A stretch of DNA of 64,000 bases. It comes from Malacoraja senta (lineage: Eukaryota). Shown in pieces: positions 38,195-50,500 of the stretch (positions are counted from its first letter, which is position 1; each line of letters begins with the position of its first letter). The notes beneath the pieces were generated by a model. That model saw only the letters and a program-made list of their open reading frames with translations. It was not told the origin of the DNA and searched no databases. The translations under genes were made by a program, and so were the position numbers. The stretch spans positions 18,042,001 through 18,106,000 of the forward strand of contig CM075984.1 of NCBI GenBank assembly GCA_038087875.1, in the 5' to 3' direction.

Positions 38195-38827
38195 TCATAG
38201 CAAAAGGGTTTGAGTATAGGAGCAGGGAGGTTCTACTGCAGTTGTACAGGGTCTTGGTGAGACCACACCTGGAGTATTGTGTACAGTTTTGGTCTCCAAA
38301 TCTGAGGAAAGACATTCTTGCCATAGAGGGAGTACAGAGAAGGTTCACCAGACTGATTCCTGGGATGGCAGGACTTTCATATCAAGAAAGACTGGATAGA
38401 CTTGGCTTGTACTCGCTAGAATTTAGAAGATTGACGGGGGATCTTATAGAAACTTACAAAATTCTTAAGGGGTTGGACAGGCTAGATGCAGGAAGATTGT
38501 TCCCGATGTTGGGGAAGTCCAGGACAAGGGGTCACAGTTTAAGGATTAAGGGGAAATCCTTTAGGACCGAGATGAGAAAAACATTTTTCACACAGAGAGT
38601 GGTGAATCTCTGGAACTCTCTGCCACAGAAGGTAGTCGAGGCCAGTTCATTGGCTATATTTAAGAGGGAGTTAGATGTGGCCCTTGTGGCTAAAGGGATC
38701 AGGGGGTATGGAGAGAAGGCAGGTACAGGATACTGAGTTGGATGATCAGCCATGATCATATTGAATGGCGGTGCAGGCTCGAAGGGCTGAATGGCCTACT
38801 CCTGCACCTATTTTCTATGTTTCTATG
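38195..38827 (+). mobile_element. Young CR1 3' fragment with open ORF2 C-terminus
   Basis: ORF 38155..38736: LYRVLVRPHLEYCVQFWSP...QRVVNLWNSLP; (ttctatg)n tail. Confidence 0.92.
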
Positions 38828-38974
38828 ATAAATGCTTGCCACTTTACATTGCTAAGATGTGTCACAAGTGTCTGAGCCACACCAGATGAGGGATCTTGTA
38901 GTAATATCGGAGTTCTAGTCTTTGGAGAGGCTGCATCTGCCACCCCATTGTTCTTCTCCATAAAAACATGAGAT

Positions 38975-39182
38975 ACTGTAGATGCAGTTTTACAAAACAA
39001 GACATTAAGTGTTGGAGTAATTCAACGGATCAGTCAGCATCTCTGGAGAACATGGGTAGGTGACTCTTCGGGTAGGGACCCTTCTTCTGACTCTGAAGAG
39101 AGGTCCCAGCATGAAACGTCATCTATCCATGTTCTCCAGAGATGTTGCATGATCTGCTGAGTTAATCCAGCACTTTGTACCT
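38975..39182. mobile_element. Fold-back Penelope remnant (head-to-head hammerhead-like cores)
   Basis: ...gacccttcttctgac|tctgaagagaggtccc...gaaacgtc...; arms are mutually complementary. Confidence 0.8.
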
Positions 39183-39283
39183 TATCTTCCATGAGTTTGG
39201 CATATTCTGGTGATAAGTTGTCATCCCTGCTAATGACCTGAAAATACAAATGGATTCAGGAAATGTCAGACCGAGCATGCTAC

Positions 39284-39575
39284 TTTAGTTTAGCTTAGAG
39301 ATATAGTATGGAATCGGGGCCTTTAGCACACCAGGTCCATGCTGGCCATCGGTCATCCGTTCACACTAGTTCTTTGTTATCTCACTTTTTAGCCATTCCT
39401 TACACACTAGGGACAATTTTACAATTAACCTACAAACCGCGTGTGTTTGCGATGTTGGAGGAAACTGGAGCACCTGGAGGAAACCCACGCGGTCACAGGA
39501 AGAACGTGCAATCTCCACAGACAGCAACCGAGACCAGGATTGAACTCGAGTCTGGCGCTGGGAGACAGCAGCTCC
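39284..39575 (-). mobile_element. V-SINE (HE1-like)
   Basis: Reverse-complement core ggaaactggagcacctggaggaaaccc. Confidence 0.8.
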
Positions 39576-40054
39576 TACTTATGCTCTGATCTGATCTAGT
39601 CCTAAGTCTTCCGGTGGGAATGTAACATTTAACATTTTTAATAATTCAAGTGTATCTATTTTGTTTACTATACTATGCAGCATATCGTCCAACTTTAATG
39701 CTTTAAGCAAAAGTAAAGAGAAATTGGTGCTGTGAGAGTGTTAACTAAATACTGTCACTCTGTATGGTGAATAATGGTTAGGATTTTATGTAAATAATCA
39801 AAACCTGTAAGCACAATGCAACAGATGCCACAAAATGTCTAACTTTAACATGACAACTTTAGTGTGAAGGAGAGTAATTTTACACTCTCACATATGCTAA
39901 TGCAAACCATAAACAACATTAGAGGTATTTACCCTTGCTGGAGGGTTTCCTTGAGCTTCCTAAAGCCATGAAGAGCAAACAACAAGAGTGCTACACTGCA
40001 GAAAGAGGCCACTCAGCCCCACGTACATGTGTTGGCTCTTGGATGTCTTGGCTC

Positions 40055-40380
40055 CCCCCTGAGGCAAGAGGTACAGAAGTATGAAAACACACATCTCCAG
40101 ATTTCAGGGACAGTTTCTTCCCTGCTGTCATCAGGTAACTGAACCATCCTATCACCAATTAGGGAGCAGTCCTACGCTACCTTCTACCTGACTGGAGACC
40201 CTCGGACTATATTTTACTGGATTTTATCTTGCACTATATGTCATTCCATTTGTCCTCTATTTGTACACTGAGAACAGCTCAGTTGTAATCATGTTTAGTC
40301 TTTCCGCTGACTGTATAACACGCAACAAAAAGTTTTTCATTGTACCTCGGTACACCTGACAATAAACAAAACTAAACTAG
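40055..40380 (+). mobile_element. Rex1/Babar-like 3' end
   Basis: GKRYRS..T...RF.DSFFP-like coding relic; tacacctgacaataaa plus (aaact)n. Confidence 0.7.
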
Positions 40381-40579
40381 ATAGAACTATTCAATGAAAC
40401 TCCACCAGCCTTCCGCCAAGTACTCTATACATTTATTGCATTAAGTGGTCGATCAGATAGTTCCTCTCCATCAGACAGTAGCGTTCACAATTTGCTCTTT
40501 ATTAGTATGTATCCTCTCGCTGCCTGCTTCGTTTACCAATCACCTTATTTCTGTGTCCTCCAGTCAGCAATCTATTTAT

Positions 40580-40875
40580 GCAGCTGGTGGAGTTACTGCT
40601 TCACAGCGTCAAATACATGGTTTCAATCGGGTGCTGTGAGTGTGGAGTTTACACATTCTTCTTGTGACCGTGTGGGTTTCCTCCAGGTGCTATGGTTTCT
40701 CGCCCACATCCCAAAGACATGCAAATTTGTAGGTTAATTGGCCTCTGTAAAATTCTCCCTAATGTGCACAGAGTGGATGAGAAAGTGGGATAACATAGAA
40801 TTAGTGTGAACTGGTGATTGTAGGTCAGCGTGGACTTGGTGGATCTGTTTTAACGCTGTATCTCTAAAATAAACG
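40580..40875 (+). mobile_element. V-SINE, second subfamily
   Basis: Core gtgggtttcctccaggtgct; gggataacatagaa segment. Confidence 0.75.
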
Positions 40876-41646
40876 AATCAAAACAGTTTCTCATTCATTT
40901 CAAAATTTAGTCAGTAATGGCTGAAATAAGTTATCTTTTCCAACCTATTTCAGCTTTCAGTGAGAATATTACAAATTTGTGATGTATCCCAACTTTACCA
41001 ACCAAAACATTTGGTCAGGTACATGGACAGGAGAGGTTTTGAAGGTTAGGGGCCAAACACGGGCAGATGGGAATAATGTAGATTGTGCACCTTGGTCAGC
41101 ATGGGCAAGTTGGGCCGAAGGGCCTGCTTATGTGCTGTATGACTTTATGACGCTACTTACTCCCTTATGCAGGTTAAGAGGTTAAAAGAAAAAAACCCAC
41201 TATCAGACATAAAGTTAGCATTTGAAATATTGGCCGAATTGTACTGCTAAAATATGGCATTTCTACCTCGAATCTGCCTTTTAACCATGTGGAACTTGAG
41301 TCCTCTCCTATAAGTGAGTGCAAAGATTCTAAATAGCTACGTCGCTGATTGCTGCTTCATCTTGTCCACAGTCCTCTGGTGCCCAGAGGTTGCAGCACAA
41401 ATGCCCCACTGTTTACCAGTCGTTATGTTGGGAAATTTGCTTGCTGAACCTGTTCCAGCTTAACCCTGGCAGGATCAACAGGTGGGTGATCGGTGGGTAA
41501 GAATGGCTAGCAGCTCAGCAGAAAATTTGGGCCACAGTGGATGGAGCATTTGCTAAGTCCACCTTCACTCTTATTCATAAACCAGAGCGTGTTCCATTGA
41601 TTCAAATGGTGACTTTTCTACTTTGAGGACAATTATCCTTTTAATT

Positions 41647-41736
41647 GAAGAAGGGTCTTGACCCGAAACGTCACCTACTCCTTTGCTCCATAGATGCTGC
41701 CTCACCCACTGAGTTTCTCCAGCATTTTTGTCTACC
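41647..41736 (+). mobile_element. Penelope 3'-end mini-insertion with 12-bp TSD
   Basis: gaagaagggtcttgacccgaaacgtcacc...ttgtctacc; TSD atccttttaatt at 41635-41646 and 41737-41748. Confidence 0.85.
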
Positions 41737-42394
41737 ATCCTTTTAATTACATCCTTTATATTTAATCTTCCATTTCCCAGTATCCCATCTATGCACAAGG
41801 ATTAAAATGCATGAACAGGTACCTGGATAGAGGGGTAAGGGCCAAACACAGGCAAATGGTTCTAGCATGGATATGGCATCTTGGACGGCATGGATAAGTT
41901 GGGCCGAGAGTATGATGTACTTGCAGCAATTAGTTTCCTATTTTATCTCAAACTGGCTCAACTCATCCCTTTCCTTATTTATGTGGCATGTAAAAAGGTT
42001 TTTAGCGTGTCCTTATGCTGGCTACTCCCCCACCTTTCTCTATTTCTACTATAGCTTTGTTGCCAATGCTTTTGCGTTTTCAGATAGGAGATTAAACCAT
42101 GAAAATGAGCATGAAAATCCAAGCTTACATTCCAGTAAAATAGTGAAGGGAATGTTAGAGATCCTGCCTTTCATATAGGGAGTTAACATAGTCCCTAGTT
42201 GCTCTCCCAAACAGTCATACAAAACGCCATGGCAGAATGTATCAGTGAGCTCTGCCGATTCTTGACACAAAATTCAAAAAAGACCAGGGTGTTCAAACTC
42301 AAACCATAGGCATCTTGCTGAATAGATAATAGTTACGCCATTTGGTAGAGTATTGTCTCATGCAGAGCAGGGAGGGTTTGAGTTCAAGAAAGTC

Positions 42395-42750
42395 AAAAAT
42401 CTGCAGACAGTAGAAAACTGAAATACAAACAGAAAATGCTAGAGGAACTCAGCAGGACCAGCAGCATCTATGGAAGGAGACACAGTTCATGTTTCAGGTT
42501 GAAGACCTTTCTTCAATTCTGATGAAAGATCTTTGACCTGATACATTAACCCTGTCTCTCCACTGATTCTGTTTGACTTGCTGACTGTTTTCAATAGCCG
42601 CAAGGAACTGCAGATGCTGCTTTACAAAGAAAAGATGCAAAGTGCTGGGGTAACTCAGTGGGTCAGGTAGCATCTCTGGAGAACATGGATAGGTGAAGGA
42701 TAGGTTGGTCTGAAGAAGGGTCCCGACCCAAACCATCACCAATCCATGTT
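42395..42750. mobile_element. Two adjacent fold-back Penelope remnants
   Basis: ctgatgaaagatctttgacctg (42520) and ctgaagaagggtcccgaccc (42710) cores with inverted tails. Confidence 0.75.
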
Positions 42751-43732
42751 GTCTACTTCTATGCTTTCTATACTTTTTAATATAAAGTTATACACTTTCT
42801 ATACTTCTATCATTCTGCTATGCGCAGATGGATGTTCCTGCTTATAAGATTTAGTATGGTAAGAGTGGAATAGGAAGACATTCAGGATATATGGTCTGTA
42901 TTTCCTTTTTTCTAACCCTGTTGAAATCTCTTTGAGTCTGGATTATTGATAGCTTATTACCCATTCCGTGCTTTAACGGTCACACGTATCTTATTAAATG
43001 TGGTTTTAAAACATGTACACGTTACGATATTCTCACCACAATCCTCGGCGTGGAACTAGATTCATGCTGTTCCATATATATTCCCAAAGTAATCCTGTCA
43101 GGAACTTATTAACACCTGTTTTTTCTTTCACCATGTATTTTGCGCAGTATGTTCAGGGAGCTGTATAAATTAGAAATGAAACTTTAATATCAATCTGTGG
43201 CTTTTCTATAAGATTTAAGTAGAGTAGACACAGGATGTAATGGGAAAGTTCACCTTATGTACAAGAGAGGGTCACAGGATCTATGAATGCAGTTGAACTT
43301 TTGAGTATTACTTTGGAGGAGATGGTGTAGCTTTCCTTTGCCTCTGTTAAGCCTGTACACAATGTGTAGCACTAAGCTGCTTTCTTCAGAAGCTCATTCA
43401 GATTCTTGAAAATAAAAAGGCTTTTAGATATTTTGCTTGCGGGCTCTACATCAGAGAATAGATGTTCATGTAAATGTTCAAACCAAGCAGCATAAACTAG
43501 CTGCATTAATGAAGCACATTTCAAAGAGCAAGGATGCACTGCTTTAGGTAATATCTGTCACACAATCCAACTGCAACCCACCCGACAATCCTCACCTCTT
43601 TACAACTCTATTAGTGCACTCGAAAGAGTGGAACCCTCCTTTTTTCTCATTTTCAGAATGCTTATTTCTGCTTCCTTCCTGCCAAAGATTTTCCAATCTT
43701 ATTGCAAGGAGTTCTGGATGCTGCCTGGGGTA

Positions 43733-44000
43733 AGTTTGTTTCATTTAGTTTAGAGATTCAGGTCCTTCGGCCCACCAGGTCTATGCCGACCAGTGATCCC
43801 TGTACTATCCTACACACTAGAGACAATTTACAATTTTTCCCGAAGCCAATTAACCTACAAACATGTACATCTTTGGAGTGTGGAAGGAAACCGGATATCC
43901 CGGAGAAAACCCACATGGTCAAGGGGAGAACATACAAACTCCGTATAGAGAGCACCCAGAGAGTCAGGATCGAACCTTACTGCTGCACCACCATGCCACC
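43733..44000 (-). mobile_element. V-SINE (HE1-like)
   Basis: Reverse-complement head/core/tail. Confidence 0.8.
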
Positions 44001-44039
44001 ATTATTAAGTCTAAGGAGAGTTTGGACAAACTTGAATTA

Positions 44040-44605
44040 TCTATCTATCTCTATACTTATATAACTCTGATCTTGGATGAATGTGTGTGTGTGTGTTTAT
44101 TTGTTTGTGTATAATCACATCTTCGCGAAAAAAACAACGCAGTAATGGTAAAATGTTTACATATATTGGTAGAGATTTTTCCCTTGGAGTCTGAATTCAC
44201 CTTATCTGAAAATGTCATGCTTTATTTCTCGAGATTAATGAAATTGTTCAAAAATCCAACAAAACTTTGAAATAAATACGACTGACTTTCGCTGATGACG
44301 TCACAATGGATCTGCGTGCCTGCCGTCTTGCTCGCGCTGCGTGTGATGTCACCCCCCAACCCCTCCTCCCCCCTTATTCAAAAGACGTGCAAGTCGGGCT
44401 CTGGATTGAAGCCGTCGAACTCGCAGTCCTTTGTTTGATGCCCGCTGCCCGGCCGCCCGCCTGCCCCCCTCCTCCTCTCCCTCCTCCTCCACCCCCACTC
44501 CTACTCTCCCCCCCTCCTCCTCTCCCCCCCACTCTTTTCCCCCCCTCCTCTCCCCTGCCCCGGCCTCTCTCCTCTCTTTCCCCCTCTCTCCCCCACTTGG
44601 TCTAG
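44040..44605 (+). mobile_element. Non-autonomous Helitron, unit 1
   Basis: A|TC 5' end (tctatctatctctatac), (GT)n near the 5' end, ends cccacttggtCTAG. Confidence 0.75.
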
Positions 44606-46231
44606 TATTAAACTAAAACTCTTCACTTTGTTCTTCACATTCTAAATGGTGTGTATGCAGGGTTGTGTTGGCTTTCTTTTAATCTCTTTAACTTGTATCT
44701 TCTTCAAACGCTTGGCCACAGCTTTCCCATTTTCACACATGCTACTCACATTTTCTCCACCGACCAGATACACATCTTCCCGTCACATTTCAACATATAT
44801 TTAACAAGTTACTAACCTTTTAAAAACAGCTTCAAAATGTAAACGTTTTCATAGTTCTAATTTTGAAGGAAAAAATGCCGACTGACATCACAATCAACTC
44901 GCAAGGCACGACAGAACACTCCATGCGGGAGGGGCACTCAAGCGCTCCAAACACAAAAAAATAATTTCACTCGCAAGTTGGGTCCTCGGGTTGACGCCCG
45001 CCCGCTGCCTGGTGAGGAGGCTGCTGCCGTGGGCCGAATCCAGCGACTGGGCCTGGGCTGGACCAGAGCCTGGAGCTGGAGTGAGGGCTGAGCTCGGGGC
45101 TTGGGATGGGGCCGCGACTGGGGCCGAAAAAGAAGCCGCTGGTGGAACCAAGAACGAGCCAGGGTTAGGGACGAGCCCGGAGATTAAGTTGGGGCCTGGG
45201 CTGGAGACCATGCGGCGGCCGAGCTGACGGCTGCAGTCTACAGCCAGGGCCGGGCTAAATATGAGAAGCAGTTCGAGTCCCAGGCCCTGGCGCTGCTCTA
45301 CGAGCTGGGTAGGTGCTGCGGCAGGGAATGGGAGTGAAGAGAGGATGAGGGAAATTAGGAGAATGGGGGAAATGAGGAGTGAGATGCGATGGGGTCTCTA
45401 CCCCCCTCCCTCTCTGCCCTTCCCCCACCCTCACTACCCCTCCCTCTCCCTCTATACCCACTCCTCCTCCCTCTATACCCACTCCTCCCTCTCTTCCCCC
45501 TCCTCCTCCCCCTCCCTCTCTACCCCCTCCCTCTACCTCTCTATCCCTCCCCTCTACATCTTCCCCCTCTATCCCCTCCCTCTCTATGCCCTCCCTTCCC
45601 TCTCTACCCCTCCCCTCCCCCTTTCTCTACCCCTCCCCCTCTACCCCTCCCCCCCCTTTCTCTACCCCTCCCCCTCTTCCCCCTCCCTCTCTGCCCTACC
45701 TCCCTCTCTGCCCCCTCCATCTATGCCCCCTCCCTCTCTGCCCCCTCCCTCTCTACTCCCCCTCCCTCTCTACCACCACTCTCTACCCCCCATCCCTCTC
45801 TAAGGAGTGATGAGTATTGGGACCTATGGGTGAGTGGTGGAGTATAGCATTTGGGGATCAGCCCTCCCCTGTTATGCCGCGTGCCCCCCCACCACTCAAT
45901 CTCTACCCCCTCCCTCTCCACGCCCTCCCCACTTCCTCTACCCTCCCTCTATACCCTCACTCCCTCCCAATCTACCCCTGCCCATCCCTCTCTACCCCCT
46001 CCCTCTCCCTCTCTAGCCACGCCTGCGCAGTTGGGGGCTATACGTGAGTGGATAGGGCGGGGGATGGAGGAATAGGAGCGAATGAGTAATATTAATATAA
46101 TATCAATGGGGGAGGTTAGTGTGTGTGTTTGTGGGGGGTGGGTACTGTGAGTGTGTGTGACGGCGCAGGCTCCCCCCCTCCTGCAACCACGCGTTGAGGG
46201 GACGGGACTCAACGGGTCCCACTTGGTCCAG
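44606..46231 (+). mobile_element. Non-autonomous Helitron, unit 2 (head-to-tail with unit 1)
   Basis: 3' hairpin gggactc-aac-gggtccc then acttggtCCAG|T; removing 44040-46231 rejoins the CR1 sequence cttgaatta|ttttatctt. Confidence 0.8.
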
Positions 46232-46478
46232 TTTTATCTTAAAACTCAGAAGGTTGAAAATGTATATAAAATTATGAGGCATAGATACAGTAGACAGTCA
46301 GAATCTTTTTCCCAGGATGGAAATGTCAATGACTAGAGGTCATAGCTTTTAGATGAGAGGAGCAAAGTTTAAAGGAGATGTGAGGGGAACATTTTTTACA
46401 AAGGTGAGTGGTGAGTGTTGGGAACATGTTGCTGGAGGAAGATACAATGATGGCCTGTAAGAGGCTTTTAGATAACTA
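46232..46478 (+). mobile_element. Middle piece of a CR1 3' fragment (other pieces ~44005-44039 and 55918-56040)
   Basis: Collinear with the CR1 at 26550-26970 and 56785-57222. Confidence 0.8.
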
Positions 46479-47437
46479 CTAGACCAAGTGCAGACCCGTT
46501 GGGTCTGTTCCCCCAAGGTGTGGTTGTGGGGGAGGGGGTGTGGGCTTGGGGGGGCGGCATGCGGCGCCACACACACTATCTACCCCCCCGCACAAACGCT
46601 AACTACTCCCCTTGATATTATATTAATATTATTACTTCGCTCCTTTTACCCCATAACTGCCCTATCCACTGACACATAGCCCCCAACTCGCAGGCGTGTC
46701 TAGAGAGACAGGGGAGGGGGGTAGAGAGTGAGGGCAGAGCGAGAATTGGAAGAGACAGAGGGAGAGGGGGGGTGGAGGGGAGGAGGAGGGTGGGGGAGGG
46801 GGAAGGAGAGGAGCAAGAGATGGGAGGAGAGAGAGAGGGGGAAAGGGGGGCTGAGAGGGGGGGAAGGGAAGGGGGAGAGGGGGTGGGAAGGGAGAGGGAG
46901 AGGTGGGGGAAGGGAGGGTGGAGGTGGATGGAAGGGGGAGGGAAGGGGGTGGAAGGAAGGGGGAAGGGGGTAGGGGAGGGATGGAGGGGAGGGTGTGCAG
47001 GTGGGAAGGCGGTTTAGGGGAGGGTGGGGGGGGGCAGGGGGTTGGGTGAGAGGAAGGGGGAGAGAGAGAGGGCGGGGGGAGAGAGAAAGGGAGGGGAGGA
47101 AGAGAGAGAGGTGAAAGAGAGAGAAGGGAGAGAGGGGAGAGAGGGAGAGGGCGGAGGGTGAGAGGGGGTAGGGAGAGAGAGGAGAGGGGGAAAGAGAGGG
47201 GGGGAGAGAGAGAGAGAGGAGGGGTGGGTCGACAACCCGAGCGAGGCATGGAGCGATCTGAGGACGGTGAAAAGCAGCGGTGGGACCAGCCGATCGTGGC
47301 TTCCGCCCACGTGACAGAGCTGGGCCGGGAAAGAGGGGGTGGGGGGGGGGGGCAGACGATCATCATAACTGCCAAGGTACACAAAAATGCTGGAGAAACT
47401 CAGCGGGTGCAGCAGCATCTATGGAGCGAAGGAAATA

Positions 47438-47472
47438 GGTAACGTTTCGGGCCGAAACCCTTCTTCAGACTG
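47438..47472 (-). ncRNA. Minimal hammerhead ribozyme motif, downstream pLTR
   Basis: CUGAAGA-A-GGGU(UUCG)GCCC-GAAAC-GUU on the minus strand. Confidence 0.75.
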
Positions 47473-47584
47473 ATAGGGGGTGGGGAGAAGAAAGGAAAAA
47501 AGGAAAAGGAGGAGGAGGAGCCCGAGGGTTGGGGGAGGGGAGGAGACAACCAGATGGCTGATGAAGGGGAGGGGACAGCCAGGG

Positions 47585-50500
47585 CTAGCAGAATTGGGAG
47601 AATTCAACGTTCAGGCCACCAGGGTGTAGACTGCCCAAGCGGAATATGAGGTGCATTTCCTCCAATTTACGGTGTTGCTCGCTGTGGCCATGGAGGAGAC
47701 CCAGGACAGAGAGGTCAGATACGGAATGGGAGGGGGAGTTGAAGTGCTGAGCCACCGGGAGTTCAGGTTGGTTATTGCGGACCGACCGGAGGTGTTCGGC
47801 GAAACGATCGCCAAGCCTCCGCTTGGTCTCACCGATGTAGATCAGCTGGCATCTAGAGCAGCGAATGCAATAGATGAGGTTGGAGGAGATGCAGGTGAAC
47901 CTCTGTCGCACCTGGAACGACTGCTTGGGTCCTGGAATGGAGTGGAGGGGGGAAGTGAAGGGACAAGTGTTGCATCTCTTGCGGTTGCAAGGGAAAGTAC
48001 CAGGGGAGGGGGTGGTATGGGAGGGAAGGGAAGAATTGACAAGGGAGTTACGGAGGGAGCGGTCTTTGCGGAAGGCAGACATAGGGGGAGATGGGAAGAT
48101 GTGGCGAGTGGTGGGGTCACGTTGGAGGTGGCGAAACTGACGGAGGATCACTTGTTGTATGTGACGGCTGGTGGGGTGAAAGGTGAGGACTAGGGGGACT
48201 CTGCCTTTGTTGTGAGTGGGGGGATGGGGAGAGAGAGCAGTGTTGCGGGGTATGGCAGAGACCCTGGTGCGAGCCTCATCTATGGTGGAGGAGGGGAACC
48301 CCCGTTCCCTGAAGAATGAGGACATTTCAGATGCCCTGGTGTGGAACGCCTCATCCTGGGAGCAGATGCGGCGTAGACGGAGGAATTGGGAGTGGGGGAT
48401 GGAGTCCTTACAGGAAGCAGGGTGGGAAGAAGTGTAGTCCAGATAGCCATGGGAGTCGGTAGGTTTGTAGTGGATGTCGGTAAGGAGTCTATCACCTGCG
48501 ATGGAGATAGTGAGGTCAAGGAATGGTAGGGAAGTGTCGGAAATGGTCCAGGTGTATTTAAGTGCCGGATGGAAGTTGGTGGTGAAGCGGATGAAGTCAG
48601 TCAGTTGTGTGTGGGTGCAGGATGTGGCACCAAAACAATCATCGATGTAGCGGAGGTAGAGGTCGGGGATGGGGCCCTGGTACGCATTGAACAGGGATTG
48701 TTCTACGTACCCGACAAAGAGGCAGGCGTAGCTGGGGCCCATGCGTGTGCCCATAGCTACGCCTTGTATTTGGAGGAAATGGGAGGAGTCGAATGAAAAG
48801 TTATTAAGTGTAAGTACCAGCTCCGCTAGGCGGAGGAGGGTGTCAGTGGCCGGGTATAGATTGCTTCTCCGGTCGAGGAAAAAACGGAGGGCTTTGAGAC
48901 CATCCTGGTGGGGGATGGAGGTGTACAGTGACTGGACGTCCATGGTGAAGATGAGGGGGTGAGGGCCTAGAGAGTGGAATGCGCGGAGATGACGGAGAGT
49001 GTCTGAGGTGTCTTGAACATAGGTGGGGAGGGATTTAACCAAGGGGGATAGTATGGAGTCGAGGTAGGTGGAGATGAGTTCGGTGGGGCAAGAACAGGCA
49101 GAGACAATGGGTCTACCGGGACAGTCAGGTTTGTGGATTTTGGGGAGAAGGTAAAAGCGGGCTGTGCGGGGCTGGGGAACGATGAGGTTGGAGGCTCGTT
49201 CGGGCAGGGCGTGGGAGTGGATGAAGTTGGTGATGGTGCTGGAGATGGTGGCCTGGTGCTCGTCAGTGGGGTCATGGTCCAGGGGTAAGTAGGAAGAGGT
49301 GTCCGAGAGTTGGCGCGTGGCCTCAGCTTTGTAGAGGTCGACGCGCCAGACTACCACGGCACCTCCCTTGTCGGCGGGTTTGATAACCCAATCTAGGTTG
49401 TTGCGGAGTGAGTCGATGGCAGTGCGTTCAAGGGGGGAGAGATTGGAGTGAGACAGGGGAGTGGAGAAGTTGAGGCGGTGGATGTCACGGCGGCAGTTTT
49501 TAATAAAGAGTTCTAAAGCCGGAAGGCTGCGAGGGGGGTTCCATGAGGATGGGGTGCGTTGGAGACGGGAAAAGGGGTCATCAGTGGGGAGCGAGGACTG
49601 CTTCCCATGGAAGTGAGCTGTGAGGCGGAGGCGACGGTAGAAGCGTTCCAAGTCATGGAGGGCACGGAACTCATTGAGATGGGGACGGAGGGGGACAAAG
49701 GTAAGACCTCTGCTGAGGACAGACCGTTCGATGTCGGAGAGGGGGAGGTCGGGGGGGATGGTGAACACCCGGCAGGGATGGGGGTTGGGGCCGGAGGAAG
49801 GCAGGTGGGTGTAATGGGGACGAGGCGATGTGTGGTGGGGGGGTGGTGGGTGGTCAGGGGGTGGGGGGGTGAGAGGGCAGTGGTGTGGGTGTGGAAGAGA
49901 AGTGGTCCCATAGTTGGAGAGGGATGGGGAAGAATCAGTGGAACTGCCACTGAGATAACCAGGGCTAGGCAGACTAGCGCTAGGACCCAGTGGAGTCAAA
50001 CCCCGGAGAGTGGGAGTGAACAGCGTGGAGGCTTCAGGCCCAGTACAGAGTCCAGTTTGCAGGTAAGGCGACGGCTGCGGGCTGCTGGAGGGAGGTGCGG
50101 TGGCGAGGGTCAGCGGACCCGACGGTCGGGGTCCGTGGGCAGTGTAGTCGGGGTCGGTGGGGCTGGAGGGCGTTGCAGTGGCGAGGGTCGGCGGACCCGA
50201 TGGTCGGGGTCCGTGGGCAGTGTAGTCGGGGTCGGTGGGGCTGGAGGGCGTTGCAGTGGCGAGGGTCGGCGGACCCGATGGTCGGGGTCCGTGGGCAGTG
50301 TAGTCGGGGTCGGTGGGGCTGGAGGGCGGTGCAGTGGCGAGGGTCGGCGGACCCGATGGTCGGGGTCCGTGGGCAGTGTAGTCGGGGTCGGTGGGGCTGG
50401 AGGTCGTTGCAGTGGCGAGGGTCGGCGGACCCGATGGTCGGGGTAGGTGGGCAGTAGAGTCGGGGTCCACGGGCGATGCGTGGGAGGTCCCGGTAAGCGG

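Noticed and set aside
38155-38736. 193-aa ORF as a host gene
   Set aside because: It is the CR1 ORF2 C-terminus of a 5'-truncated copy
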